A stretch of DNA of 11,350 bases from Candidatus Hydrogenedentota bacterium (GCA_034408725.1 JAWXCN010000150.1:1-11350), one strand, 5' to 3'. Counted from the stretch's first letter, positions 1 to 8,321 are shown. The notes: a model not told the origin generated them from the sequence alone. Numbers and translations: made by a program.

Positions 1-1293
1 GACTGGCTGCCGAGCCTCGACCTCTACGTGTCGGAAATATTCTACAACCTGCACCAGTCCGATCTGACCATGCGCTGGCACCGGGCCATAGGCAAACCTT
101 CGTGCGAATTGCTGACGTCGACCTCTCCGGACCACGTTCATCTGTCTGTACCGCCCACGGCTTGGCAAGTCAGCGCTGCAAGTGCCAAGGCCAACGGATG
201 CAATGTGCTTGGCCCATGCGGCGTTGGCGCATACCCCGACACCACCAGTTCTAAACGCCTCTTAGAGACTGTGCGGAAAGGTCTTGATTTCTACATGGAG
301 GACTCGGACCTTCACGACGGGGCCACGCCGATGGCCAAGGTCGCGCTAGTATTCTCCTGGGCCACCCGCAAATATTTTCGCGAGGGCCGCATGGACTGGT
401 CGCAGGAACTCGACGGCTGGTCGCGCGTACTCATTGAGGAGCACATCCCATTTGAACTGGTCGTGGCAGAGAACGTTTATTCCGCCGGGGACCTCGCCCG
501 CTATGAGCTTGTCATTCTGCCAAACATAGCTCACATGAGTGATGACTTTTGTGACGTATTGGATGAATACACCAGTGCGGGCGGGCATGTGTTGGCGACA
601 GGCGAAACATCGTTGGGCGATGAGCGTGGATTCGGACGCGACGACTTTGCGCTGGGCGACCTCTTCGGCATAGTGCGCAAGGGCACAATAGAGGGGCCTT
701 TTGCGATGGAGGGCGCCTCCGAGCCCGAGCCCGCCAATGGTGTGTTTCAGCAAGTGTCGGCGTCCGGTGAGGTGCTTGCACGGCACGTAGCAACCGATCC
801 CGCCGGTTCCGTCGCCGGGGGCTTAGATCCATTTCCCCTGAAGCCCACGCAGTGGCCGCTGGCCGTGACTCAGGCGGCAGGCGCGGGACAAGTCCTGTAC
901 GTGGCGTTTGGACTCGGTCGCTACTACGCCAGCCACAACTTAATCCATGCCCGAAACCGCATGACCCAATTCATTGACAGGCTCCTGCCCAAACGCCAGC
1001 TCGTGGTAAAGGCGCCGCGTTGCCTCGAAGTGACCGTGTGGCGCCAGGAGATGCCCGAGCGGACCATTGTTCACCTGGCAAACCGGACCCCGCTGGCCCA
1101 CGACTTGCCGCGCATCCATGAGATCACGCCGTTGCGGGACATTGAACTCGAGTTCGAGGTCCCCTACTCGTCTTCACGTGTGACGGGCCGTGGCGCCGAG
1201 GTGACTTGGCGCGTTGACCACGGAAAAATGCGCGTTCACATAGACAGTTTGGATATCTACGCCGCTCTAGTGATCGAACCGGCGCAACAGTAG
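1..1293 (+). CDS. Glycoside hydrolase-like protein, 5'-truncated: C-terminal part with a beta-galactosidase (GH42) trimerisation/class I GATase-like domain, GHL6-type architecture
   Basis: Frame +1 is open from base 1 (DWLPSLDLYVSEIFY...), so the gene starts upstream of the window. The motifs VALVFS, HIPFELV, LARYELVILPN, GGHVLATGETSL and DFALGDLFG are typical of the GH42 middle domain. The C-terminus IVHLAN...ITPL is beta-rich. Stop TAG at 1291-1293. Confidence 0.75.
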   Translation, partial: DWLPSLDLYVSEIFYNLHQSDLTMRWHRAIGKPSCELLTSTSPDHVHLSVPPTAWQVSAASAKANGCNVLGPCGVGAYPDTTSSKRLLETVRKGLDFYMEDSDLHDGATPMAKVALVFSWATRKYFREGRMDWSQELDGWSRVLIEEHIPFELVVAENVYSAGDLARYELVILPNIAHMSDDFCDVLDEYTSAGGHVLATGETSLGDERGFGRDDFALGDLFGIVRKGTIEGPFAMEGASEPEPANGVFQQVSASGEVLARHVATDPAGSVAGGLDPFPLKPTQWPLAVTQAAGAGQVLYVAFGLGRYYASHNLIHARNRMTQFIDRLLPKRQLVVKAPRCLEVTVWRQEMPERTIVHLANRTPLAHDLPRIHEITPLRDIELEFEVPYSSSRVTGRGAEVTWRVDHGKMRVHIDSLDIYAALVIEPAQQ

Positions 1294-1442
1294 GGTTGGC
1301 GAGACTCCCAGCGCACGGTGGTTCCCGAAATGGTGGATTCGTATCGAGATTTGTTTTCGAGGAAATACCCTCGCATTACGAAGTCCTCTGTGGTGATCGT
1401 ACTCGTGTGGTTGCACGGGTTCTCTTCCGCCATGTGCCTATC

Positions 1443-1577
1443 TGGACTGGGGCGGCCCCCAAGTCGCCGCTTTGGCTGTTCATCACAGATGGTCTACCAT
1501 TACCGTGCGCGCACGAAGTCGTCGCCCATGAACAGCCAAAGCGGTGTCTGCGCTGCCCGCTTCGCCACCGCAGTCCG
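1443..1577. repeat. Long inverted-repeat element (REP pair/REPIN- or MITE-like) between convergent genes
   Basis: Perfect 17-bp IR ccgctttggctgttcat (1467-1483) / atgaacagccaaagcgg (1528-1544). Outer imperfect IR tggactggggcggc (1443-1456) / gccaccgcagtccg (1564-1577). Two internal palindromes at 1489-1500 and 1504-1515. Confidence 0.8.
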
Positions 1578-1658
1578 AATAATCCTCCATCCAAAACCAC
1601 GCCTTAACAGGAAGCCTTCCTTGCGGCGGGGACGCGGTGCAGGGAGATGAGCCGGGGA

Positions 1659-2711
1659 TCAGGCGGGACCCGCGCCGCAGGGATACGACGGCACAGACTC
1701 CGCGATCCGCACGCCCTCCTGTTCGGACAGGTATCGGAGCAACTCTTCCGTGCTCCCTTTCAAGATGACGGTTTCTGAGGGCAAGGTGCTCACTGCAACG
1801 CGTCCTTCGATCACGCGCATGGCGCCCACGGTCTCAAGCTCGAAGAATCCCAAGTCGCCTCCGTTGAAGATGCTGTAGAGGTCGGCGGCCGAAAAAGGCC
1901 CGGTTGCCTGATCGTTGTCGGCGATGTTGAAGTATAGACCTTCCTGGGGCTGAGTCTTGCGAAGGAATAGCATGGAGCGCGGCAAGTCGAGTGCACCGAT
2001 AAGCCGGGGGCGGCTGCTTACTCTTACGCCGATCTGTTGCCGCTGATCTCCGCCGAGCCGGAACGTGAATTGCCCTTGCGCCAACGCGATTCGGTCCCCT
2101 GGTTGGCCATAGAAATCACAGTTTAAGGCGTCGCTCTCCTCGCCCACCTTTCCGAAAGCCAATATCCCCTCGGCGCCGGGAAACTGTTCGAGCGACCAGG
2201 GCGCTAGGAGCACGTCCTCGGTATTGTAGTCACCCAAAGGCTCGAAGATATCTTCAGTCCGATAGGACAACCCGTTCAAATCGTACCCCTGGGGTACGCA
2301 GTTGCCGTCCGGGACCGACACCAGCCTCCGATATCCCAGGTGGATAACGAAACCTTTCCGATTCGTTATCGTGATGTGCTTCTCCACCAGGGCAGTGATC
2401 CCGTCGTCGCACGACACGCTGGGAATGGCCTTTCCAATACCGTCCTGAACAGTCCATGCGTCGCCGCCGGGAAGATAATTGAATGCGAAGGGTCCGCCTT
2501 CGGGGGCGGGCCACAACGAGTTTCCGCCGAAGTTGTCGTATTGGTCGGGGGATGGATTAAGAAGAGCCGCCGCGTCGAGCCGGTGAATCAGTTCCCCGTC
2601 GAACTGGCAGAATATCCGGCCGTGAAGTTTTGGAGGAATTAGTACGCTCCCCCGTCCGCAAGTCAGTTCCACTAGCTCGGAGTCGAAATTCCTCAGTAAA
2701 TTCAACGCCAT
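1659..2711 (-). CDS. DUF6786-like protein (predicted beta-supersandwich/galactose mutarotase-like fold), 350 aa
   Basis: The motifs P.LHGRI, NFGGNSLWPAPEGGPFAF and GFFELET resemble the DUF6786 family (GG.DR.W.GPEGG) as I recall it. ATG at 2711. Confidence 0.6.
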   Translation of the reverse strand: MALNLLRNFDSELVELTCGRGSVLIPPKLHGRIFCQFDGELIHRLDAAALLNPSPDQYDNFGGNSLWPAPEGGPFAFNYLPGGDAWTVQDGIGKAIPSVSCDDGITALVEKHITITNRKGFVIHLGYRRLVSVPDGNCVPQGYDLNGLSYRTEDIFEPLGDYNTEDVLLAPWSLEQFPGAEGILAFGKVGEESDALNCDFYGQPGDRIALAQGQFTFRLGGDQRQQIGVRVSSRPRLIGALDLPRSMLFLRKTQPQEGLYFNIADNDQATGPFSAADLYSIFNGGDLGFFELETVGAMRVIEGRVAVSTLPSETVILKGSTEELLRYLSEQEGVRIAESVPSYPCGAGPA

Positions 2712-2838
2712 GCTCTAATGTCCCGCTGGATTCAGATTCTGGTGAATCCCGTGATGACTACGAGAAAATACGAAATCATCACGAAGGCGCCAACAAATGT
2801 AAGAGGCTTCGTATTCACCCAATTCTAATGGTATGTAT

Positions 2839-3267
2839 TTATTGGCCTGGTGTTTTCGCCTGCAAGAGGTCCCTGATTTCGGTGAGCAATTCCTGATCCT
2901 TCGTGGGGATGAGCGGAGCGGCGGCTTCTTCCACTTTTTTGGCGCGGAGAAGGTAGCCGAGGAACTTTACAGTGAATATCCAAAGGGCCAGGGCTACGAT
3001 TACGAAGTTGACGACTTCTCCAAGGAATTTGCCGTAAGGAATGACTTTGTTGCCCACGGTATAGGCCCATTCGGTGTAAGATTGGTCGGCGGGCATTACC
3101 AGGCTAATCGCCGGCATGATGATGTCTTTCACGAGCGAATCGATGATTTTGCCGAATGCCGCCCCGATGATGACAGCTACAGCGAGGTCAACGACATTGC
3201 CCTTGAGCGCGAACGCCTTGAACTCCGACAATAACGAAGACGCCCCTTTTACAGCTTGAATGGCCAT
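2839..3267 (-). CDS. mscL: Large-conductance mechanosensitive channel MscL
   Basis: Signatures EFKAFALKGNVVDLAVAVIIGAAFGKIIDSLVKDIIMP, YGKFLGEVVNFVIVA and ELLTEIRDLL. SD AAGGAG at 3274-3279 on the minus strand. Confidence 0.97.
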   Translation of the reverse strand: MAIQAVKGASSLLSEFKAFALKGNVVDLAVAVIIGAAFGKIIDSLVKDIIMPAISLVMPADQSYTEWAYTVGNKVIPYGKFLGEVVNFVIVALALWIFTVKFLGYLLRAKKVEEAAAPLIPTKDQELLTEIRDLLQAKTPGQ

Positions 3268-3324
3268 GGAATTCTCCTTTCAGCAAGCAGCCCAACCCAC
3301 ACAGCACACACGTTTGACTTCACT

Positions 3325-3355
3325 ATTATACAGGGAATATGAGCGCGCGGATCAA
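3325..3355 (-). promoter_or_regulatory. Putative sigma70-type promoter for mscL
   Basis: Minus-strand perfect -10 TATAAT (3325-3330) and -35-like TTGATC (3350-3355). The 19-nt spacer is longer than optimal. Confidence 0.4.
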
Positions 3356-3366
3356 CAAACGGGTGA

Positions 3367-4668
3367 TTACAGCATGCTGCGGTTGAGCATGGTCTCGTAG
3401 ACCCGCTGGAGGGCGATGTCCGTTGTTGCTTCCGTGAGTGACCGCCCCTTCTTCAGTAGCGGGGCCGTCGCGGCGAGCGTTCCGTCGAATCGCGCGCGAA
3501 TCTCCGCTAGCGTTTGCTCGCGGGTGTATTTCATACCGCCAAGGGCCTGGCGGTACTCGAGGTTGGACGCGATCACGCCGCCTGCATTGGCGTAGATGTC
3601 CGGCAGGATTGAGACTCCCCGGTTTGAGAGCGCCCTCATTCCTTCATAAGTCACGGGCATATTCGCGGCTTCTACGACGCAGGTTGCGCCAATGGATTTC
3701 GCGTTCTTCTCGTCGATGACATGACCGCTGGCGGCGGGGATTAGATAGTCACACTTCAATTTGAACAGCGCGTCATTCGTGAGATTCTCTTTTGTGAATC
3801 CGGCGATGCCACCCTTTTTGATGCAATGCGCGTCCAGCGCGTCGACATCAAGCCCGCCCCGATCGTGCGCGCCACCGGAAATATCGGTAATGCCGAGAAT
3901 GCGCACGCCTTCCTGGAACAGGAATCGCGCCGCGTATGAACCTACCTTGCCGAATCCTTGCAGCGCCACCGTGCATTCTTCGGGCGCGACACCCCGGTGT
4001 TCCATGTCTTTCAATACGGCGTAGTAGACACCGTATCCCGTGGATTCTGCGCGCCCCGGCAACCAGCCCTCAATGCCGTCTGGTTTCCCCGTTACGGATG
4101 CGGGGTCTTGGGTTTGGTTGTATATGCGGACCATTTCCGCGCCACCCGTTCCCATGTCGGGGGCGGGAATATATTTGTGGCTGGCGAAGAGGCCAGCGAA
4201 ACTTCGCGCGAACTCGCTCATGATATCAGCCTTGGCGATGCGCTCGAAATCGCGATAGGTTCCGGAAAAGCGGTTTGCCTTGGTCATATGGGTGAACAGC
4301 GCGCGTAGGTCCACGCTGATTCCGGATTTGCCGCCACCAAGCTCGATGTCCGCGAGCGCAGTCTTCAAGGTCATCAGGCGGGCCAGCTCAGTGGTTTCCC
4401 AGAGGTCTACATCGTGCGCCATGCGAATGCCGCCTTTGTATGGACCGCGAGCGCGATCATGGAGCACGATCCCGGAAATAATATTGATAACTACACCGAG
4501 AATTTGCACGTTGAGCCGTTCAATGCGGACCGCGCGCGGTTTGATGATTTCCTGAATGATATCGGTGGGAATCTTGAGGCGTTTGGCGCTCTCCTGCATG
4601 AGAAGGGCTGAACGGGTTACTGGTTCATTGCTGCGGACGTAATCCTCGAGGGTGTTGCCAATTTTCAT
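3367..4668 (-). CDS. gdhA: Glu/Leu/Phe/Val dehydrogenase, most likely glutamate dehydrogenase, 433 aa
   Basis: Motifs GPYKGGIR, MTLKTA...GGGKSGI (catalytic Lys), PAPDMGT, VTGKP, GR.ESTGYGV, Rossmann QGFGKVG, EAANMP and PDIYANAGGVIAS. The glutamate-specificity Lys (GPYKGG) and Ser (GGVIAS) are retained. Confidence 0.9.
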   Translation of the reverse strand: MKIGNTLEDYVRSNEPVTRSALLMQESAKRLKIPTDIIQEIIKPRAVRIERLNVQILGVVINIISGIVLHDRARGPYKGGIRMAHDVDLWETTELARLMTLKTALADIELGGGKSGISVDLRALFTHMTKANRFSGTYRDFERIAKADIMSEFARSFAGLFASHKYIPAPDMGTGGAEMVRIYNQTQDPASVTGKPDGIEGWLPGRAESTGYGVYYAVLKDMEHRGVAPEECTVALQGFGKVGSYAARFLFQEGVRILGITDISGGAHDRGGLDVDALDAHCIKKGGIAGFTKENLTNDALFKLKCDYLIPAASGHVIDEKNAKSIGATCVVEAANMPVTYEGMRALSNRGVSILPDIYANAGGVIASNLEYRQALGGMKYTREQTLAEIRARFDGTLAATAPLLKKGRSLTEATTDIALQRVYETMLNRSML

Positions 4669-4731
4669 CTGGCATCAGACCTTTCTTGCTTGAGTATGGA
4701 CGCAAAGAAAGCGCATGAACAGCCGTGTCGG

Positions 4732-5508
4732 TTAAGGTGTCGCTGGCGCGGAAGCGGCGGGCCGGGCCGGGTTTGCCGCTTGCGCAGGGGGAGAAGATGG
4801 CGGCGCGCCTTCGGTCCCGAGGATTTCAAGCGCCACCGTTTTGGATGTTAAAAGTAATTTTTCGTCGCGGATGAGCATGGCGAGATCGGGAAACGCCTTG
4901 ACAAATTCTTCCTGCAATAACATGGCGAGGGTCATGCCAGGGCGCGCGGTCAACGTCCATTGCCGGTTCTCAATCGGTAAATCGAGCACCGGTTTGTCCA
5001 CAACGATGACGTTGTTGACGCGCTTGTTCACATCACCGATGATGTCTACGAGGTCCCGTTTGTCGGCAACAATTGGCGGAGCCGAAATATCCGTGTTCAA
5101 CACTTTTTGCAGTTCCGTGCTGACTTTTTGACCGGAAAGCAGTGTAATGCCCGCGGCGGCCGCGGTTTCCTGTGCAAGCTTGGCTTTGGCGCGTTCTTCG
5201 ATTGGATTGATATTGTCGTATTGCACGGAGCGAATTTGACGGCGGGGCACCTTAATAGAGACCTCTTCGGTGACCTCCAAAATTATTTCGCTGGCAGTTG
5301 ACCGAATGACCTGTAGTCCTCTGTATTCATGACCGTTATTGAGTGTTATGACATCGCCCTGCGGCTCTTCCTCCACGGAAATCTCCGCCGGCGCCGCGGT
5401 TGCCTCGGCAGCCTCGTCTGGCGCTGTTGCGGTTTCCGGCGGGTCTTGTGCAATCCCCGCGAAAGGTGCAGCGAACACTAGAATCAGGGACGCAAGGCGT
5501 AAGCTCAT
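4732..5508 (-). CDS. Secreted hypothetical protein, 258 aa: signal peptide, Ala/Glu/Pro linker, small beta domain, possible STN/secretin-N-like domain
   Basis: The start at ATG 5508 gives the Sec-type signal MSLRLASLILVFAAPFAGIA|QD. It is followed by DVITLNNG..YRG...VPRRQIRSVQY and a Pro/Ala-rich tail. The ORF-track extension to 5643 looks non-coding. Confidence 0.7.
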   Translation of the reverse strand: MSLRLASLILVFAAPFAGIAQDPPETATAPDEAAEATAAPAEISVEEEPQGDVITLNNGHEYRGLQVIRSTASEIILEVTEEVSIKVPRRQIRSVQYDNINPIEERAKAKLAQETAAAAGITLLSGQKVSTELQKVLNTDISAPPIVADKRDLVDIIGDVNKRVNNVIVVDKPVLDLPIENRQWTLTARPGMTLAMLLQEEFVKAFPDLAMLIRDEKLLLTSKTVALEILGTEGAPPSSPPAQAANPARPAASAPATP

Positions 5509-5764
5509 GGTAAAAGAATACTCCCGTACCCGCCGCGGCGAAGCGGGAACACCCGTGCGTTTCACATTCAAACCCGGCTCCGGTCTCAATGCCCACGCGC
5601 GCCGCACACGGGCCGTTGATGATTCTAGGTTTCGCTCGGTCATAAATCAATTTGCGTTGGAATTGTTTAAGACCGCATGCGCAAGGTTGTAACAATGTGT
5701 AGAATTCGCTGTGGACTAGGCGAGGATCAACCCGCCCTTCTCGAATAGGCTATGGAGTATATGT

Positions 5765-6127
5765 ATGTCTCGAATCCTGATTGCCGATGACCGACAGGAT
5801 TCCATAGAGCGCCTTGCGCGTGAAATCGCTGCCGAGGGATATGACGTGACCATTGCCGATACCGGCGGCGAAGTGCTAGAGGACGTCTTGCGGCAACCGC
5901 CTCCAGATATCGTGATTCTGGGACCCGGGCTCGCAATGCATGACGGATATGAAACGTGTACCTTGCTTCGAGCAGACCCCGACATTCCCGCTCGGATGCC
6001 GATAATCCTTTTGGCTGATCGCGACGTGGACCACCGCAGAATGGAGCGCGCGGGTTTTACCGCAGTGCTCTCCCGCGAATGCGCCGCGACGGACCTCCGG
6101 GAACTGTTGTCGCAATGGATTGGCTAG
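5765..6127 (+). CDS. Single-domain CheY-like receiver protein, atypical (pseudo-receiver), 120 aa
   Basis: RILIADD, GYDV, PDIVILG, M.DGYETC..LR and PIILLA follow the receiver pattern. SD-like GGAG at 5754-5757. Confidence 0.85.
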   Translation: MSRILIADDRQDSIERLAREIAAEGYDVTIADTGGEVLEDVLRQPPPDIVILGPGLAMHDGYETCTLLRADPDIPARMPIILLADRDVDHRRMERAGFTAVLSRECAATDLRELLSQWIG

Positions 6128-6133
6128 ACGGCT

Positions 6134-7207
6134 TCACACCGACTTGATGCGAATCTCGGCGTTCTTCCGGCTCGATTCGTAGATCGCGTCGATGATCTGT
6201 TGGATGCGAAGCGATTCCGCTGGTTGCACACGCACAGGCCGGTTCCGCTCGATGCACTCGACAAAATGGCGAATTTCCATCCGGTGGCCTTCCTGAACGG
6301 GCAACCAGTCGTAGCGTGTCGTAGTGAGGGAGCGTCCTTCATATCCGAAGAGTCCCAATGGAGATGTGGACACCCCGGCCTTATCTCCGAGGATTGTGAC
6401 ACCGCTACGTTCGGCCTCAATATTCGCGGCCCATGACACTTCAAGGGTCAATGTGATGTCCTTCTCGAAACGGACATAGGCCGAAGCGTAGTCTTCGACG
6501 TCGAACTCTTTTGGATCATAAGGTTCCCCCCACTCCGCGTTGCACAGGTCGGGCCGGTCACCAAACATCCGATACACTTTGCCTGACGCGGCGATGGGTT
6601 TTGGACAACCCATCAGCCAAACCGCGAGATCGAGTACGTGTACGCCGAGATCGATAAGCGGACCACCAAGGGACTCCTTTGCGAGGTGGAATTTCCCCCA
6701 TCCGGGGATGCCACGCCGCCGGAGAAACGTCGCATTTGCGGAATAGATGGTTCCGATACCGCCACCACTGATTACTTCTTTGAGTTTTTCCGCGTCCGCC
6801 TCGAACCGCATGTGCTGCGCAACCATGAGCTGGCGCTTGACGGCATTCGCGGCCTGGATCATGGCGCGGCATTCCGTGCTGTTCATCGCCATCGGCTTTT
6901 CGACGAGGACATGCGCGCCGGCCTTCAGCGCATCGATCGTAATCGGGGCATGGAAACGGTTCTGGGTACACACGTCGATGATGTCATATGCGCCGTCGCG
7001 CAGCATTTTTTTGTAATTCGTATGGACTACGCGCGCGCCGTATTTTGCTCCCATTTGCGCGGCACGGTCGGGGCGGATGTCGCAAACCCCCATGAGCTCG
7101 ACGCGACCCTCCGCTTCCAATTCCTGCCAATTTGGAAGGTGCATCTCGTCGGCGATTGCGCCAACGCCGATTGCTCCGACGCGAAGTTTCGTTTTTGGCA
7201 TGCGCAT
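6134..7207 (-). CDS. Gfo/Idh/MocA family NAD(P)-dependent oxidoreductase
   Basis: Motifs LRVGAIGVGAIA, AGAHVLVEKPMA, RRRGIPGWG.F and GGPLIDLGVHVLD. The start is ATG 7207 or ATG 7201, preceded by AGGGGA. Confidence 0.92.
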   Translation of the reverse strand: MRMPKTKLRVGAIGVGAIADEMHLPNWQELEAEGRVELMGVCDIRPDRAAQMGAKYGARVVHTNYKKMLRDGAYDIIDVCTQNRFHAPITIDALKAGAHVLVEKPMAMNSTECRAMIQAANAVKRQLMVAQHMRFEADAEKLKEVISGGGIGTIYSANATFLRRRGIPGWGKFHLAKESLGGPLIDLGVHVLDLAVWLMGCPKPIAASGKVYRMFGDRPDLCNAEWGEPYDPKEFDVEDYASAYVRFEKDITLTLEVSWAANIEAERSGVTILGDKAGVSTSPLGLFGYEGRSLTTTRYDWLPVQEGHRMEIRHFVECIERNRPVRVQPAESLRIQQIIDAIYESSRKNAEIRIKSV

Positions 7208-7347
7208 GTTTCCCCTAATCCGCGAGACTGTACCGGCTGAGCGTTGAGCACGCAAATCTGCGTGCTTTCGCCGTGATCGCATACTTGCTAATGGGACATC
7301 TCCAATTGCATTCTGAACCATAGTCATCGGTTGGAAGGAATCCAAAA

Positions 7348-8265
7348 GTGAATTCAATAGGGATTGGCTATGCAGCCATCATGCTTTTGTTGTGCTCCGC
7401 CGGACAGGCCAGGGAAGCCGAAGACTATCCGCGGGCGATGCCTATTGAAGGATGTGTAAACGTATTCGCAGCGAACGCGACATTGTTGAGCGGCGGGCAA
7501 CCCGAAGGTACAGCCGCGTTTAAGGCGCTTGCAGCAGCCGGCGTAAAGACGATCATTAGCGTTGATGGTGCGAAACCCGATGTCGAGGCAGCGGCGCAGT
7601 TTGGCATGCGGTATGTGCATCTTCCCATTGGGTACGACGGGGTTGGACGTTCGCGAACAATCGAGCTGTCACGCGCGGTGCGCGATTTGCCGGGGAAAAC
7701 ATACATTCACTGTCATCACGGAAAGCACCGGAGCCCCGCCGCCACGGCAAGTGTCATGGTCTGTTCGCACGGCTGGTCTGGCGAAGAGGGAATCGAATTT
7801 CTAGAACGCGCGGGCACGGCAGAAAGTTATAGTGGCCTTTACAGCGACGTCCGGCGGATGATTGCGGCGTCGAAGGCGGAGTTGGACGCGGCGGACAATA
7901 AATTCCCGGCGGTCGCCATCGTGCCGGGCGGTGTTGAGTTGATGGTCCAGATTGAACACCGGTTTGATGCGTTGGAGAACGCTAAGGCAGCCGGGTGGAA
8001 GGTTTCGCCTGCCCATCCCGACATTGTGCCTGCCCATGAGGCGCTGCAGCTTATGGAGCTGTTTCGTGAGAGCGTCCGAATAGATAGCACGGGCAGGAAA
8101 CCTGGTTATCACAAGTTTATGAAACAGTCCGAGACTGCGGCCGAAAATCTCGAAAAAGCAATAAGGTCGGGTGATATGCTTGCTTCGGACAAGGCCTTTG
8201 GCCTGATCAAAAATACATGTACGGCCTGCCATACCCAGTATCGAAATAAGTTTGGGCGCCGGTAG
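7348..8265 (+). CDS. Exported fusion: CX5R protein-tyrosine-phosphatase/DUF442-like domain plus C-terminal cytochrome c'-like helical domain, 305 aa
   Basis: GTG start preceded by GGAAGGA and a hydrophobic N-terminus. SGGQP, GVKTIISVD, G.RYVHLPI and P-loop YIHCHHGKHRS. C-terminal heme motif CTACHTQYR follows helical segments. Confidence 0.8.
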   Translation: MNSIGIGYAAIMLLLCSAGQAREAEDYPRAMPIEGCVNVFAANATLLSGGQPEGTAAFKALAAAGVKTIISVDGAKPDVEAAAQFGMRYVHLPIGYDGVGRSRTIELSRAVRDLPGKTYIHCHHGKHRSPAATASVMVCSHGWSGEEGIEFLERAGTAESYSGLYSDVRRMIAASKAELDAADNKFPAVAIVPGGVELMVQIEHRFDALENAKAAGWKVSPAHPDIVPAHEALQLMELFRESVRIDSTGRKPGYHKFMKQSETAAENLEKAIRSGDMLASDKAFGLIKNTCTACHTQYRNKFGRR

Positions 8266-8321
8266 GCGATTCCGATACTACGCAAAGTGTAACAATTGGT
8301 CTGAACCAAGGTATCGTCTGA

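Noticed and set aside
1296-1650. Short ORFs 1296-1607, 1318-1650 and 1376-1600
   Set aside because: No family motifs or SD. They span the inverted-repeat element, which explains the mirrored peptide RRFGCS/MNSQSG seen on both strands.
5529-5547. Hairpin cccgccgcggcgaagcggg sharing 11 bp with the repeat arm at 1556-1566, and catgaacagcc at 4714-4724 matching 1527-1537
   Set aside because: The matches are short, GC-rich and lack the rest of the element, so they are compatible with chance.
5509-5643. 45-aa N-terminal extension of the secreted protein
   Set aside because: It would bury the signal peptide and reads like translated intergenic DNA.
7208-7357. 50-aa N-terminal extension of the Gfo/Idh/MocA ORF
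   Set aside because: It overlaps the start of the divergent gene, and there is an SD next to ATG 7207/7201 where the Rossmann fold begins.
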